Shown one piece after another: positions 1 through 10,114 of a DNA stretch of 64,000 bases. Source of the stretch: an uncultured Gemmatimonadaceae bacterium (GTDB lineage Bacteria > Gemmatimonadota > Gemmatimonadetes > Gemmatimonadales > Gemmatimonadaceae); NCBI GenBank assembly GCA_963740355.1, contig CAVUDW010000003.1, positions 672,001 through 736,000 of the forward strand, read 5' to 3'. The notes beneath the pieces are model-generated. The model was not told the DNA's origin and made no database searches. It saw only the letters and a list, made by a program, of their open reading frames with translations. Made by a program: the position numbers and the translations under genes. Position 1 is the first letter of the stretch, and each line of letters begins with the position of its first letter.

Positions 1-45
1 CGCATACTCCGTACGGTGTTCAATGAACCAGTCATGAGCGGTCAT
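1..45 (-). CDS. Probable anti-sigma factor (RskA-like), 5' fragment truncated by the window edge
   Basis: ATG overlaps the ECF sigma stop (ATGA) and reads MTAHDWFIEHRTEYA. The call rests on position only. Confidence 0.45.
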   Translation of the reverse strand, partial: MTAHDWFIEHRTEYA

Positions 46-680
46 GGGACCCAATCCTTCAGTGGAGCGAGTGCGGTGCGGAGCTTTCCGAATGCAAGTC
101 GGAGCCGCGTCTTCACGGTACCCAGCGGCACTCCCAGTGTCGCAGCAATCTCCGAATGCGCCAGCCCTTCGAAGTACGCCAGACGGACGGCAGCGCGCTG
201 ATCATCCGGCAGCGCACCAAGCGCCGAGTGCACCTGGGAATGGATGTGCCACCCCGGCTGCGCCGCTTCGTTGGGCTCGACCGGGGAGATGGACTCCCGC
301 TCGATTTCTGAGGGCGTGAGCGCGGTCACGAGACGCAGCTTTCGTCGCCGAGCACGCAGCCGATCGATGGCGCGCTGCCGGGTGATACGCAGCAGGAGCG
401 GCATCAGCCCCTGCCCCGGCTCGGCCGAAGGCGTGACCGATGTCCAGACCATCCGGAACGCGTCCATCACCACATCCTCGGCATCGTCGGCATCCTGCAA
501 CATCGCGTGCGCCACACCAAGCAGCCATGGCGTGGCGACCGCAATCAATTCCGCCAAAGCCTGCTCGTCGCGCGCCGCGATCCGTTCGCGAAGTGAACTC
601 TCGCGTCCGAGCGCCATGATCCCGCGTGCCGGAGGCGCCGACGTCCCGTCCAATCCCTGTCGACGCCCCGGCGTGACCAT
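42..680 (-). CDS. ECF RNA polymerase sigma-70 factor (SigK-like)
   Basis: Region 2 (DAEDVVMDAF..W, RAIDRLR) and region 4 (LPDDQRAAVRLAYFEGL..SEIA..LGVPLGTVKTRLR). The start may be ATG 617. Confidence 0.92.
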   Translation of the reverse strand: MVTPGRRQGLDGTSAPPARGIMALGRESSLRERIAARDEQALAELIAVATPWLLGVAHAMLQDADDAEDVVMDAFRMVWTSVTPSAEPGQGLMPLLLRITRQRAIDRLRARRRKLRLVTALTPSEIERESISPVEPNEAAQPGWHIHSQVHSALGALPDDQRAAVRLAYFEGLAHSEIAATLGVPLGTVKTRLRLAFGKLRTALAPLKDWVP

Positions 681-1861
681 CAGCGGACCGCGATCCCGTT
701 GGCGCCCGTCGGCAGGCCAGTCACCGTCGCGATGTTCGTGATGGCACCATCGTTACCGGTCGCGAAGACCGAGATCGAATTGGTGGCCCCGCTGCGGACG
801 TAGAGGAATCGATCGTCGCTGCTCAGACCGAGATCACCTGGTGTGCTGCCAGCACCCGTGGCACCGGCCGTGGCATTGACCAGCGTCAGCGCACCCGAGC
901 GACCAATCGAGAACGTGCTGAGCGTGCCGCTGCCAGTGTTCGCCGCGTAGGCGGTGCGCCCGTCGGACGAGACCACGACCCAACAGACCGCTGACTGCCC
1001 ATTCGCGACCGAGCCGGACACCAGCCGAAGGTTGGCATTGCGATCGATGTCATACGACGACACGCTGCTCGCGCCGGCCGCGCCGCCCGCAGCTTCCGAC
1101 ACCACCAGCGTGCCATTCTTCGCGAAGTCGAAGCCGAACGGTGTGGCACCGCTCGATTGCCGAAGCTTCGGCTCACCCGTGCGTCCATTGAGCAGGACGG
1201 GATACGTCACCACCAGGTTGGCCGCCTTCTCGGTGACTACCAACGAACGACCATCAGGCGAAAACTTGATCTCGGCGCCGTCGATCGAGCCGGCTGGCGC
1301 ACTCCGGGCTCGCGTCGAGCCAGGGATCGGGATCAGCTTGCCCCGCGCACCGAGAAAGAAGCCTGTGATGTTCGAGGTGGCGCCATCGTTGAGCACATAC
1401 ACCAGGCGGCCACGGACCGCGATACTGATGGGCTGCACGCCGCCCGACGAGACACGATCGGTTTGCGTGAGGGTCTGGCCATCGACGCGGAACGCCGATA
1501 GTTCATTGCTGCCGGCGTTCACGCCGAACAGCATGTCACCGTCGTCATCGAGCACGAGGCCATACTGATTGCCGAGTCCCCCGCCGGTGCCGCGCCCGCC
1601 GGTGGGAATACTGGCTGGCGCGCCGAGCTGGCCATCGCGACTGCGCGGATAGATGAGCACTGCGTTGGCGTTGACGTCATTCGAGAGCACGTAGACGGCG
1701 CCACCGCGATCGTTCCCCCGCCTGGCGTTCTCGGAGGCAATCGTGAGTTGCGCCGTCTGTGATGCGTCGGGCGCGGTGGTACCGGAATCCGTCGCGCAGG
1801 CGCTGAGGCCGACGGTGAGCGTGGTGAGAAGCGCAGAGGACAGAAAAGCTGTGGTACGCAC
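680..1861 (-). CDS. Lactonase-family beta-propeller lipoprotein
   Basis: Lipobox LSAC and repeated blades (FSPDGR, SSDGRTAYAAN, SSDDRFLYV). Confidence 0.8.
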   Translation of the reverse strand: MRTTAFLSSALLTTLTVGLSACATDSGTTAPDASQTAQLTIASENARRGNDRGGAVYVLSNDVNANAVLIYPRSRDGQLGAPASIPTGGRGTGGGLGNQYGLVLDDDGDMLFGVNAGSNELSAFRVDGQTLTQTDRVSSGGVQPISIAVRGRLVYVLNDGATSNITGFFLGARGKLIPIPGSTRARSAPAGSIDGAEIKFSPDGRSLVVTEKAANLVVTYPVLLNGRTGEPKLRQSSGATPFGFDFAKNGTLVVSEAAGGAAGASSVSSYDIDRNANLRLVSGSVANGQSAVCWVVVSSDGRTAYAANTGSGTLSTFSIGRSGALTLVNATAGATGAGSTPGDLGLSSDDRFLYVRSGATNSISVFATGNDGAITNIATVTGLPTGANGIAVR

Positions 1862-1916
1862 TGGATACTCCGGTCTGGGGTTGGGTCATCACGGGTGACT
1901 TGCGTGTTGCGCCCCA

Positions 1917-1942
1917 TAACGCCCCCATCCTGCCGCCGGATC
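1917..1942 (-). promoter_or_regulatory. Possible ECF-type promoter GATCC-N16-CGTTA upstream of the lactonase/sigma operon
   Basis: The spacing resembles SigK-like ECF promoters. Autoregulation is inferred only. Confidence 0.3.
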
Positions 1943-2085
1943 TCTGCACCTGATTCCAGCGGGAACGCCCCCTGCCAGCGGCACGTATTCCCTCAGTGGT
2001 CCGGCCGCAGTGGGCCCGGATCGATTGCCATCCCCCGGCCCGTCCGCGAAATTGGGACGATCCGTCTCACCTCTGGAGCCTGCGC

Positions 2086-2568
2086 ATGCCTGTCACGTTC
2101 ACGGTCAACGGCACACCCCGAACCGTTGATGTCCCCGCCGACATGCCGCTCCTCTGGGTGCTGCGTGACGTGCTCGACCTCAAAGGCACGAAGTTCGGCT
2201 GTGGCATCGCGCAATGCGGCGCCTGCACCGTGCACTTCAACGGCGAGCCGGCCCGATCCTGTCAGCTGCCAGTGACTGCCGTGCAGGGCGCGAAGATCAC
2301 GACCATCGAAGGCCTGTCGCCCGACGGCTCGCACCCGCTGCAGAAGGCGTGGAAGGAGCTGGACGTGCCGCAGTGCGGCTACTGCCAGGCCGGCCAGCTG
2401 ATGTCGGCGGCGGCCTTGCTCGCGAAGACGCCGAAACCGACCGACGCGCAGATCGACACCGCCATGAATGGCAATCTCTGTCGCTGTGCGACGTACACCC
2501 GCATTCGCGAAGGCATTCACAAGGCAGCCGGTACCACACGCAGTGGTTCACAGGTGGGAGGCCGCTGA
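2086..2568 (+). CDS. iorA: (2Fe-2S)-binding small subunit, isoquinoline 1-oxidoreductase alpha-like
   Basis: [22 protein letters not shown] and NLCRC motifs. ATG 2086 follows GGAG. Confidence 0.9.
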   Translation: MPVTFTVNGTPRTVDVPADMPLLWVLRDVLDLKGTKFGCGIAQCGACTVHFNGEPARSCQLPVTAVQGAKITTIEGLSPDGSHPLQKAWKELDVPQCGYCQAGQLMSAAALLAKTPKPTDAQIDTAMNGNLCRCATYTRIREGIHKAAGTTRSGSQVGGR

Positions 2569-4781
2569 TGTCTATCTCATCCCCGATCGATCGCCGTCAA
2601 TTCCTGCGCGTCACCTCCCTCGCGGGCGGCGGACTGCTGCTCGGCGCATGGCTCGACTTCGGCAGCAACGGCGTGCTCGAAGCGCAGGCAGCCGAAGTGC
2701 ACGACGGAATGGCGGACTTCTCGCCGAATGCCTTCATTCGCATCGCACCGAATGGTGTGGTGACGATCATGGCCAAGAACCCGGAGATCGGCCAGGGCAT
2801 CAAGACGATGCTGCCGATGCTGATCGCCGAGGAACTGGATGTGGACTTCAGCGCGATCACGATCGAGCAGGCGATGCTCGACCCCACCAAGTACGGCTCG
2901 CAGGTCGCCGGTGGCAGCACCGCCACGCCCACGAATTGGGAACCGCTGCGCAAGGCCGGTGCTGCGGGACGTCAGCTGTTGGTTGCCGCGGCATCACAGG
3001 CGTGGAGTGTGCCAGCGAGCGAGTGCACGACGGCATCCGGCACGGTCTTCCACAAGGCTTCGAACCGCCAGATGTCGTACGGCGCACTAGCGACAGCCGC
3101 CGCAGCACTGCCGGCCCCGGACGTGGCCAGCGTGACGCTGAAGAATCCGAAAGACTTCAAGATCATCGGCAAGGCGATCAGCGGCGTTGACAACGACAAG
3201 GTGGTGACCGGCAAGCCACTGTTCGGCATCGATGTCACGGTGCCCGGAATGCTTTACGGTACCTTCGAGAAGTGTCCGGTGTTCGCAGGCAAGGCGGTCA
3301 GCGCGAACCTCGATGAGATCAAGGCGCTGCCTGGCGTGAAGAACGCATTCATCGTCGAAGGTGGCACGGTGTTGAACGGGCTGCTGAGTGGCGTGGCAAT
3401 TCTTGCCGACACCTGGTGGGCCGCGAAGTCTGCGCGCACAAAGCTCAAGGTCACATGGGACGAAGGCGCCACGGCGCAGCAGAGCACCGCGTCGATCAAG
3501 GCCAAGGCCACCGAACTGTTCGCGCAGGCACCGGCGCGTTCTCTTCGCGCGCAAGGTGACGTGAATGCCGCCTTTGCCAGCGCCGCCAGGACGGTCGAGG
3601 CGACGTACGAATATCCGTTCATCGCCCACGCCACGCTCGAACCGCAGAACTGCACCGCGAGCTTCAAGGACAACGCGATCGAGATCTGGGCACCCACCCA
3701 GAATCCGCAGGCGGGCCGCGTCCTGGTCGCGAAGACGCTCGGTCTCGAGGAGAAGAACGTCGCCGTGCACATCACCCGCAGCGGCGGCGGCTTCGGGCGG
3801 CGGCTGAACAACGACTACATGGTCGAAGCGGCAATGATCTCCAAGATCGCCGGCGTGCCGGTGAAGGTGCTCTGGACGCGCGAGGATGACATTCGCCATG
3901 ACTTCTATCGCCCCGCGGGCTTCCACAAGCTGAAGGGCGCGGTCGACGCCAGCGGCAAGCTCACGGCGTGGCAGAATCACTTCGTCAGCTTCTCGAACAA
4001 CGGCACCGACTTCGTGCCGAGTGCAGGCATGGAGGGGACGGAGTTCCCTGCCCTTGCCGTGGCCAACAGCAATGTCGGTGTGTCGACCATGCCGCTGGGC
4101 GTGCCGACGGGGTACCTGCGCGCGCCGGGGAGCAATGCCCTGTCGTTCGTGATGCAGTCGTTCATCGACGAACTGGCGATCGCGGCACGGAAGGACCAGG
4201 TGCAGTTCCGCCTCGATCTGCTTGCCGCGCTGCCGGCCGAGACGCCGCGTGGAACGATGGTCGCCTCACGCATGAAGGCCGTGCTGGAAGCCGTGGCGCA
4301 GAAGTCAGGTTGGGGCACGCGCAAGCTGCCGAAGGGCAGCGGCATGGGTGTGGCCTTCTACTTCTCGCATCGTGGCTACTTCGCTGAAGTGGTCGAGGTG
4401 AGCGTGACGAAGGCCGGTGCGCTGACGGTGAAGAAGGTGTGGGTGGCCGGCGATGTCGGCAGCCAGATCATCAATCCGTCGGGCGCGATCAACCAGGTGC
4501 AAGGCTCCGTGATCGATGGCATCGGCGAAGCGCTGACGCAGGAAATCACGATCGAGAACGGCCGCACGAAGCAGGGCAACTTCAACGATTTCCCGCTCAT
4601 CCGCCTCACGCAGACGCCGCAGATCGACGTCACCTTCGTGACCAGTGACAACTCGCCGACCGGCATGGGTGAACCGGCCCTGCCGCCAGTGGTACCGGCA
4701 CTCTGCAATGCGATCTTCGCCGCGACGGGGAAGCGCATTCGCTCCCTTCCGCTGTCGAAGCACGATCTGAGTTGGAGCTGA
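2568..4781 (+). CDS. iorB: Molybdopterin-binding large subunit (IorB-like, xanthine dehydrogenase family), Tat-exported
   Basis: DRRQFL Tat motif, EIGQG, GGGFGRR, LRAPG and GMGEP. TGATG overlap with the small subunit. Confidence 0.9.
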   Translation: MSISSPIDRRQFLRVTSLAGGGLLLGAWLDFGSNGVLEAQAAEVHDGMADFSPNAFIRIAPNGVVTIMAKNPEIGQGIKTMLPMLIAEELDVDFSAITIEQAMLDPTKYGSQVAGGSTATPTNWEPLRKAGAAGRQLLVAAASQAWSVPASECTTASGTVFHKASNRQMSYGALATAAAALPAPDVASVTLKNPKDFKIIGKAISGVDNDKVVTGKPLFGIDVTVPGMLYGTFEKCPVFAGKAVSANLDEIKALPGVKNAFIVEGGTVLNGLLSGVAILADTWWAAKSARTKLKVTWDEGATAQQSTASIKAKATELFAQAPARSLRAQGDVNAAFASAARTVEATYEYPFIAHATLEPQNCTASFKDNAIEIWAPTQNPQAGRVLVAKTLGLEEKNVAVHITRSGGGFGRRLNNDYMVEAAMISKIAGVPVKVLWTREDDIRHDFYRPAGFHKLKGAVDASGKLTAWQNHFVSFSNNGTDFVPSAGMEGTEFPALAVANSNVGVSTMPLGVPTGYLRAPGSNALSFVMQSFIDELAIAARKDQVQFRLDLLAALPAETPRGTMVASRMKAVLEAVAQKSGWGTRKLPKGSGMGVAFYFSHRGYFAEVVEVSVTKAGALTVKKVWVAGDVGSQIINPSGAINQVQGSVIDGIGEALTQEITIENGRTKQGNFNDFPLIRLTQTPQIDVTFVTSDNSPTGMGEPALPPVVPALCNAIFAATGKRIRSLPLSKHDLSWS

Positions 4782-4791
4782 GGACGATCGC

Positions 4792-5883
4792 GTGAAGCAG
4801 TGGCTCGAGACACGGCAGGTGTTCGACCAACTCGCAGCGTGGCACGCGGCAGGATCGCGTGCCGCGCTGGCCACTGTGGTACGCGTGAACGGCTCCGCGT
4901 ATCGGCATGAAGGGGCAAAGCTGGTCGTGATCGAGGATGGCAGCAGCGTAGGAAACGTCAGCGGCGGCTGTCTCGAAGCCGACGTACGCGAGGTGGCGCA
5001 GCGTGTGCTGCGCACCGGTGTGGCTGAACTGCGCACCTACTGCGGCGGTGCCGAAGAGATCGCGGCCTGGGATCTCGGCGTGGGATGTGACGGTGAAGTC
5101 GAAATCCTGGTCGAACCGGTGTCGTCACCGCGGTTGCATGAGCGCAACGCGTTGGCGGCTGAGACGAGCTACGTGGCCGTCACGCGACTGCGTGAATCGA
5201 AGGAGTGCGGTGAGGCGCCCCGACTGCTGATTTCGGAAGCAGGTGCGTTTGGCTCACTTGGTGACGCAGCGATGGACGCGTATGCGCGCGAGCATGCGGC
5301 GGAGTGGCGCTCGCTGGGCGAGTCACGGATCGAGACTGTGGGCGAGGTGCGATTCCTGCTCGACGTCCTGACACCGCCGCCACGGCTGGTGGTGGTGAGC
5401 GCCGGAGATGACGCGCGGATCCTGGCGCGCCTGTCGTCCGAGGTCGGCTTCCGGGTGGTGGTGGTCGACCGTCGTCCGGGGCTCCTCTCGCGCGATCGGT
5501 TTCCAGCCGCCATCACGCTGCTGGAGAGCGACGCGGCGCGCCTGAACGAATTGCTGGTGCTGGACGAGTCGAGCTTCTGCGTCGTGATGACACACGACTT
5601 CGCCGACGACGCGCATTACCTGCGTGCGCTGCTGCGTACCCCCGCGCGCTACATCGGCATGCTCGGCCCGCGCCAGCGTACCGAGCGGATCCTGACCCGC
5701 CTGCGGAGCGCGGGAGACGTCGACACCACACGCATCTATGGACCTGTAGGTCTGGATATTGGGACCGACGGCGCCGAGCAGGTGGCGCTGGCGGTGCTGG
5801 CCGAGATCCTGGCCGTTCGATCGGGGCGCCAGCCGCAATCGCTTCGCGAGCGCAGGGCGCCGATCCACGCCAGCGGTGAGTAG
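4792..5883 (+). CDS. xdhC: XdhC/CoxI family Moco insertion chaperone
   Basis: GSAYR..GAK, VSGGCLE, YIGMLGP and GPVGLDIG. Confidence 0.92.
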   Translation: MKQWLETRQVFDQLAAWHAAGSRAALATVVRVNGSAYRHEGAKLVVIEDGSSVGNVSGGCLEADVREVAQRVLRTGVAELRTYCGGAEEIAAWDLGVGCDGEVEILVEPVSSPRLHERNALAAETSYVAVTRLRESKECGEAPRLLISEAGAFGSLGDAAMDAYAREHAAEWRSLGESRIETVGEVRFLLDVLTPPPRLVVVSAGDDARILARLSSEVGFRVVVVDRRPGLLSRDRFPAAITLLESDAARLNELLVLDESSFCVVMTHDFADDAHYLRALLRTPARYIGMLGPRQRTERILTRLRSAGDVDTTRIYGPVGLDIGTDGAEQVALAVLAEILAVRSGRQPQSLRERRAPIHASGE

Positions 5884-5886
5884 CCG

Positions 5887-6489
5887 GTGAGCCAGCTGCG
5901 CGTCGCGTCGGTGATCCTCGCGGCGGGGGCGTCCACGCGCATGGGTCGCAACAAGCTGCTTCTGGACATCGATGGCGAGCCGATGGTGCGCCGCGCCGCG
6001 TTGCTGGCGACGGAAGCGGGCCTGTCGCCGGTGGTCGTGGTGGTCGGCAACGATGAAGCCCACGTGCGCGCCGCACTCGAGGGGATCGCGTGCACCTTCG
6101 CCACCAACGCCGACTTCACCGGACCCACCAGTACGTCGCTCCACGCCGGCCTCAATGCGCTCAGCGATGAGGTGGATGCGACCGTGGTGCTCCTCGCCGA
6201 CATGGTGCGCGTGAGTGCGCCGATGCTGCGCGCGCTGATCGACTCCGCCAACGCGAGCGACGCACCACTGTGCGTCTCCCGCTACGGTGACGTCCTCGCG
6301 CCACCCCTGCTCTTTCGCCGCATCCTCTGGCCCGAGCTACTTGCTTGGCACGGTGAAGGTTGCGGCAAGGCGGTCGTCCGCGCGCATCAGTCGGAAGCCA
6401 ACATCCTCGACTGGCCGTTGTCAGCGCTGCAAGACATCGACACCCCGGACGACTACTTCAGTCTCGCCGCACGCACCAAGCTCGTTTGA
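5887..6489 (+). CDS. mocA: Molybdenum cofactor cytidylyltransferase (MocA-like)
   Basis: ILAAGASTRMGRNKLLL, LADM and DIDTPDD, plus operon context. Confidence 0.85.
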   Translation: MSQLRVASVILAAGASTRMGRNKLLLDIDGEPMVRRAALLATEAGLSPVVVVVGNDEAHVRAALEGIACTFATNADFTGPTSTSLHAGLNALSDEVDATVVLLADMVRVSAPMLRALIDSANASDAPLCVSRYGDVLAPPLLFRRILWPELLAWHGEGCGKAVVRAHQSEANILDWPLSALQDIDTPDDYFSLAARTKLV

Positions 6490-6549
6490 CTGTCAGTCGC
6501 CGAGGAACAGTTCTCAGCTGATGTTGAAACGCAAAGACAGCTCGTAAGC

Positions 6550-7683
6550 GTGAAGCATGCTGATCCGCGCCTTCGCCTCGAAGCAGGAACTGCGCCACGA
6601 CGACCAACCGCACAACTATCCGACATGACAGCGATCGAGCCTTCATCCGAGGCGGGCAAGGCGCAAGTGCAGGGATGTGTTGGCAGGCCAAGTCGCCGAG
6701 AGCGCGTTGCAGTGGCACTGCTCGTCGCTGCGGTGAGTGCGGCATTCGTGGTCTGGAACCATCATCTTCTCGGCGACGGTAGCGATTTCGATCACCTCTG
6801 GTTCGCGGGCCGAGTCCTTCTCACCGGTCAGGAGCCGTACGACGCCATCGGCCCCGGACGCGCGTTCGATTTCCAGTGGCCGCTGCTCTACCCCATGCCC
6901 GCGGTCTTACTGGCCACGCCGTTCTCCGTCCTCTCGGTCTTTGCAGCCAGCACGCTGTTCTCGACTGTGTCGATGGGACTGCTCACCTATCATCTCACTC
7001 GCACGGGATACTCACGACTTCCCATACTGCTGAGTGCATCTGTCCTCGACGCGCTGCGCGCGGCACAGATGTCGCCACTGCTGGCCGCGACATGGCTCTC
7101 ACCTGCGCTGTTCTGGATGGTCGCGGTCAAACCCAATATCGGGCTCGCTTTCTGTGCGGCGACAGATTCCCGACGTGCGCTCACCATTGCCGCGATGGGC
7201 GGCGGCGCGCTAGTGGCAATTTCGTTCATCGTGAACCCGGATTGGGTGCGCCACTGGCTTTTCGCAATCAAGGCGACGGGCCACATGATACTCCCGATTC
7301 GCGCCGCAGGCGGATTTCTGCTGCTTCTCGCGTTATTTCGCTGGCGTCGACTCGATGCGCGTCTGCTACTGGCCTATGCCATGGTGCCGCATACACCGGT
7401 CGTGTACGATGTGTTACCGCTTGGCCTGATCGCACGAACGTTTCGGGAGAGCCTTGGCTTCACGGTGCTGACCTGCACCGCAATGCTCGCACAGGTCAAG
7501 TATGTCGGCACGAGTGCTCCACTCGCGGCAGGGATCCTGAACGGCTTGATCTACCTGCCATGCCTCGTCGCGATTCTGCAGCGACCAAATGAGGGTGAGG
7601 TTCCGGCGTGGCTTGGCATCATCGGCAGTCTGCGTCAACGGATCCTGGCGAAATCGTCGTTGCGCATCCGGGCAGATAGGTAG
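6550..7683 (+). CDS. Polytopic membrane protein, GT87/GT-C-like glycosyltransferase
   Basis: SDF..W..G…PY, YP.P, VKPNIG and YD motifs with many TM segments. The start may be ATG 6625. Confidence 0.55.
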   Translation: MKHADPRLRLEAGTAPRRPTAQLSDMTAIEPSSEAGKAQVQGCVGRPSRRERVAVALLVAAVSAAFVVWNHHLLGDGSDFDHLWFAGRVLLTGQEPYDAIGPGRAFDFQWPLLYPMPAVLLATPFSVLSVFAASTLFSTVSMGLLTYHLTRTGYSRLPILLSASVLDALRAAQMSPLLAATWLSPALFWMVAVKPNIGLAFCAATDSRRALTIAAMGGGALVAISFIVNPDWVRHWLFAIKATGHMILPIRAAGGFLLLLALFRWRRLDARLLLAYAMVPHTPVVYDVLPLGLIARTFRESLGFTVLTCTAMLAQVKYVGTSAPLAAGILNGLIYLPCLVAILQRPNEGEVPAWLGIIGSLRQRILAKSSLRIRADR

Positions 7684-7694
7684 CGGATCGCACC

Positions 7695-9557
7695 TTGGTC
7701 ATGGGTGACTGCAAACCGGATACTGGCGAGACGACATACGCTTGTCGTAGACTCCGCCATCATGCGCAGCTACAGGACGACTGCAGCCGGCCCAAGCAGG
7801 TTCACGCCACCGCTCCCGCTTTAGCCCACCTCGCCTTGGCCGAATCATCCTCCGCCAGTACCGCCCTCAAGCACCAAGACAGCAGCGAGTCGTCCTCCGA
7901 CGCTACAGGCGCCTGGCTGGCATGCCTGGCCGTGGCTGCGGTAGCCGGGGCTGCGCTCATGTTTGCGTTCTTCCTGCGTGAAGTGCCCGAAGCGCGGATG
8001 ATCAACGTGTTCCTCTGGTTCCAGCGTACGTTCGAGCCAGTACCCCTGATGGTAACCCTGGCCTTCGTCGTCGCACTGGCGGTGGCGCTGGTGCGCGGCC
8101 GCTCGGCGCCGCCGCACCTCCGCGCGACGGCGCTCGTGGATGCCGGCGGTGACGTCTCGCCACAGATCGCCTGGCTGCTTGGCGCCGTGGTCACGCTCGT
8201 GACCTTTGCCATCACGCACCGCGTGATGCACGCCTACGCACTCTCCGGAGACGAGTGGAGCGCGTCATTTCAGGCTCGCATCTTTGCACGTGGCATGATC
8301 GCCGCTCCGGTGCCGGTCGAATGGCGCCCATGGGCACCGGTGATGGTACCAGCGTACATCAGGTACGACGCGTCCTCCGGGACGTGGGAATCCCTGTACT
8401 TACCGGTGCACGCGCTCATCCGCTCGCTGTTCGTGCGAGCCGGCGCGGAGACGCTGGCCAACCCGTTGCTCGCGGGGCTGACGGTGGTGGGCCTGGCAGG
8501 GATTGCGCGTCGACTTTGGCCACGCGAAGGCCGGATGCAGTGGTTGGCACTGGGTGCGCTGGTGACCTCTGCACAGTTCCTGCTGATGTCGGGGACGGCG
8601 TATGCGATGCCGGCGCACCTGTGCCTCAACACTTGGTGGCTTTGGTGCTGGCTGAGACGAGAAGAGTCAAGGTGGAACGTCGGGGCCCTTCCCGTAATCG
8701 GGGTCGCGGCCCTGGGACTGCATCAGGTCGTTCCGCACGCTTTGTTCGTTGCGCCCTTTCTCGTCCGCCTGCTGCTCGAGAAGAGGTGGGAACGGACGAT
8801 AGGGGTCGGGGCGGCATACGCTTTGGGTTGCGTGGGCTGGCTTGGGTGGATGGCACGCGTTGGCGCGACTCAAGGCTACGGGTTCACAACGTTCTTCGCC
8901 TTCCCAGACGCGAAGATTCTCCACCTCGATATTCAGAACCTCGCATTGGTGGCCACCTGGCAGGCGCCACTTGTGGCAGCCACCGCCGTATGCGGTCTGC
9001 TGCGGCTGCGATACGCTCCCCCAGTGCTCCGAGACTTGGCGGCTGGGCTCATACTCACCATGGCCGTATACGCCATGTTTCGCTTCGATCAGCAGCATGG
9101 ATGGGGCTACCGGTACGCATACGCGACGCTCGGCAACGTGGTACTGGTGAGCGCCTATGGCGCGCGGTGGCTCGCGCGGTACTTGCGCGCGTCCGACGGG
9201 TGCCGCCTCTGCACTGGCAGCTTTGTCGTCGCGGTGGTGATACTGTTTCCGTTGCGCGCATGGCAGGCCGAAGGCTTCGTGCGACCGTTCGCACGCGCGG
9301 CAGCGGCGATCGAGACCAGCCGGGAGGAGGTGGTGCTAGTGAACGCGTCGTTGGTCTGGTACGGCACGGATTTCATCAGAAACGCGCCGTTCCAAGAGGC
9401 TAAGTCGCACGTAGTGAACGTCGCTGGACCTCTCGTATCAATTGGCATTACTCCGCCGTCCGCGGGAAGAAGCGTGCGCGTCATGACTCCAGACGACTTT
9501 CGCCGATTGGGCGTCCCGTACCGCGACATGCGCTTCGCGCGACCGCAGCTACCGTGA
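7695..9557 (+). CDS. Polytopic membrane protein, GT-C fold (ArnT/PMT-like) glycosyltransferase
   Basis: GDE..FQARIFA loop, YLP.H and GWGYRY motifs with many TM segments. Start uncertain. Confidence 0.6.
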   Translation: MVMGDCKPDTGETTYACRRLRHHAQLQDDCSRPKQVHATAPALAHLALAESSSASTALKHQDSSESSSDATGAWLACLAVAAVAGAALMFAFFLREVPEARMINVFLWFQRTFEPVPLMVTLAFVVALAVALVRGRSAPPHLRATALVDAGGDVSPQIAWLLGAVVTLVTFAITHRVMHAYALSGDEWSASFQARIFARGMIAAPVPVEWRPWAPVMVPAYIRYDASSGTWESLYLPVHALIRSLFVRAGAETLANPLLAGLTVVGLAGIARRLWPREGRMQWLALGALVTSAQFLLMSGTAYAMPAHLCLNTWWLWCWLRREESRWNVGALPVIGVAALGLHQVVPHALFVAPFLVRLLLEKRWERTIGVGAAYALGCVGWLGWMARVGATQGYGFTTFFAFPDAKILHLDIQNLALVATWQAPLVAATAVCGLLRLRYAPPVLRDLAAGLILTMAVYAMFRFDQQHGWGYRYAYATLGNVVLVSAYGARWLARYLRASDGCRLCTGSFVVAVVILFPLRAWQAEGFVRPFARAAAAIETSREEVVLVNASLVWYGTDFIRNAPFQEAKSHVVNVAGPLVSIGITPPSAGRSVRVMTPDDFRRLGVPYRDMRFARPQLP

Positions 9558-10114
9558 ATACTCGTCGGAGCACCTTCTGCAGAGGTGCCAACCTCGTGCC
9601 CGTTGAACGCATCGAACTCGCCGACCGCCGACGGCGGAGACGGGTTCGCGCACAGTACCTGCAGCGTTACGCGTGGGCGTGCACTCTCTCGGCGGGCAGT
9701 TGGGTACTCGACCTCGCGTGGGGATCTGGCTACGGCGCAGCGATGCCGGCTCATTCCGGGGCCACCGAGGTAGTCCGGGCTGACTTGGATATCGACGCCG
9801 TCACCGCTGCTGACGCTCCGCACTTCGAGCATGGTCTTCGGTACGTCGTGCAGGATGCGACTCACGCGGAGCCGGCCGGCGCATCCTTCGACATCATGAT
9901 GAGCTTCGAGAGCATCGAGCACATTTCCGACGACGGCGGTTACACCTCAGTGCCGCATCGGCTCCTGGGTCCAGGCGGCCTTGCTGCCTCGTCTTCAACT
10001 GGTCAGTCGAGCCGCGACGACTTTCTCCGCACTCAAGCCGAGGCCGTGCCGAATCAGGTAGCGTGTGACCTCGACGAAGGTTGTCCATCCAATAGTTCGG
10101 CGCCCCATTCATAA
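9554..10114 (+). pseudogene. Degenerate, truncated class I SAM-dependent methyltransferase (paralog of the next gene)
   Basis: VLDLAWGSGYG and SFESIEHI are present, but similarity is lost after HRLLGPGG (no STPN). Confidence 0.65.
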
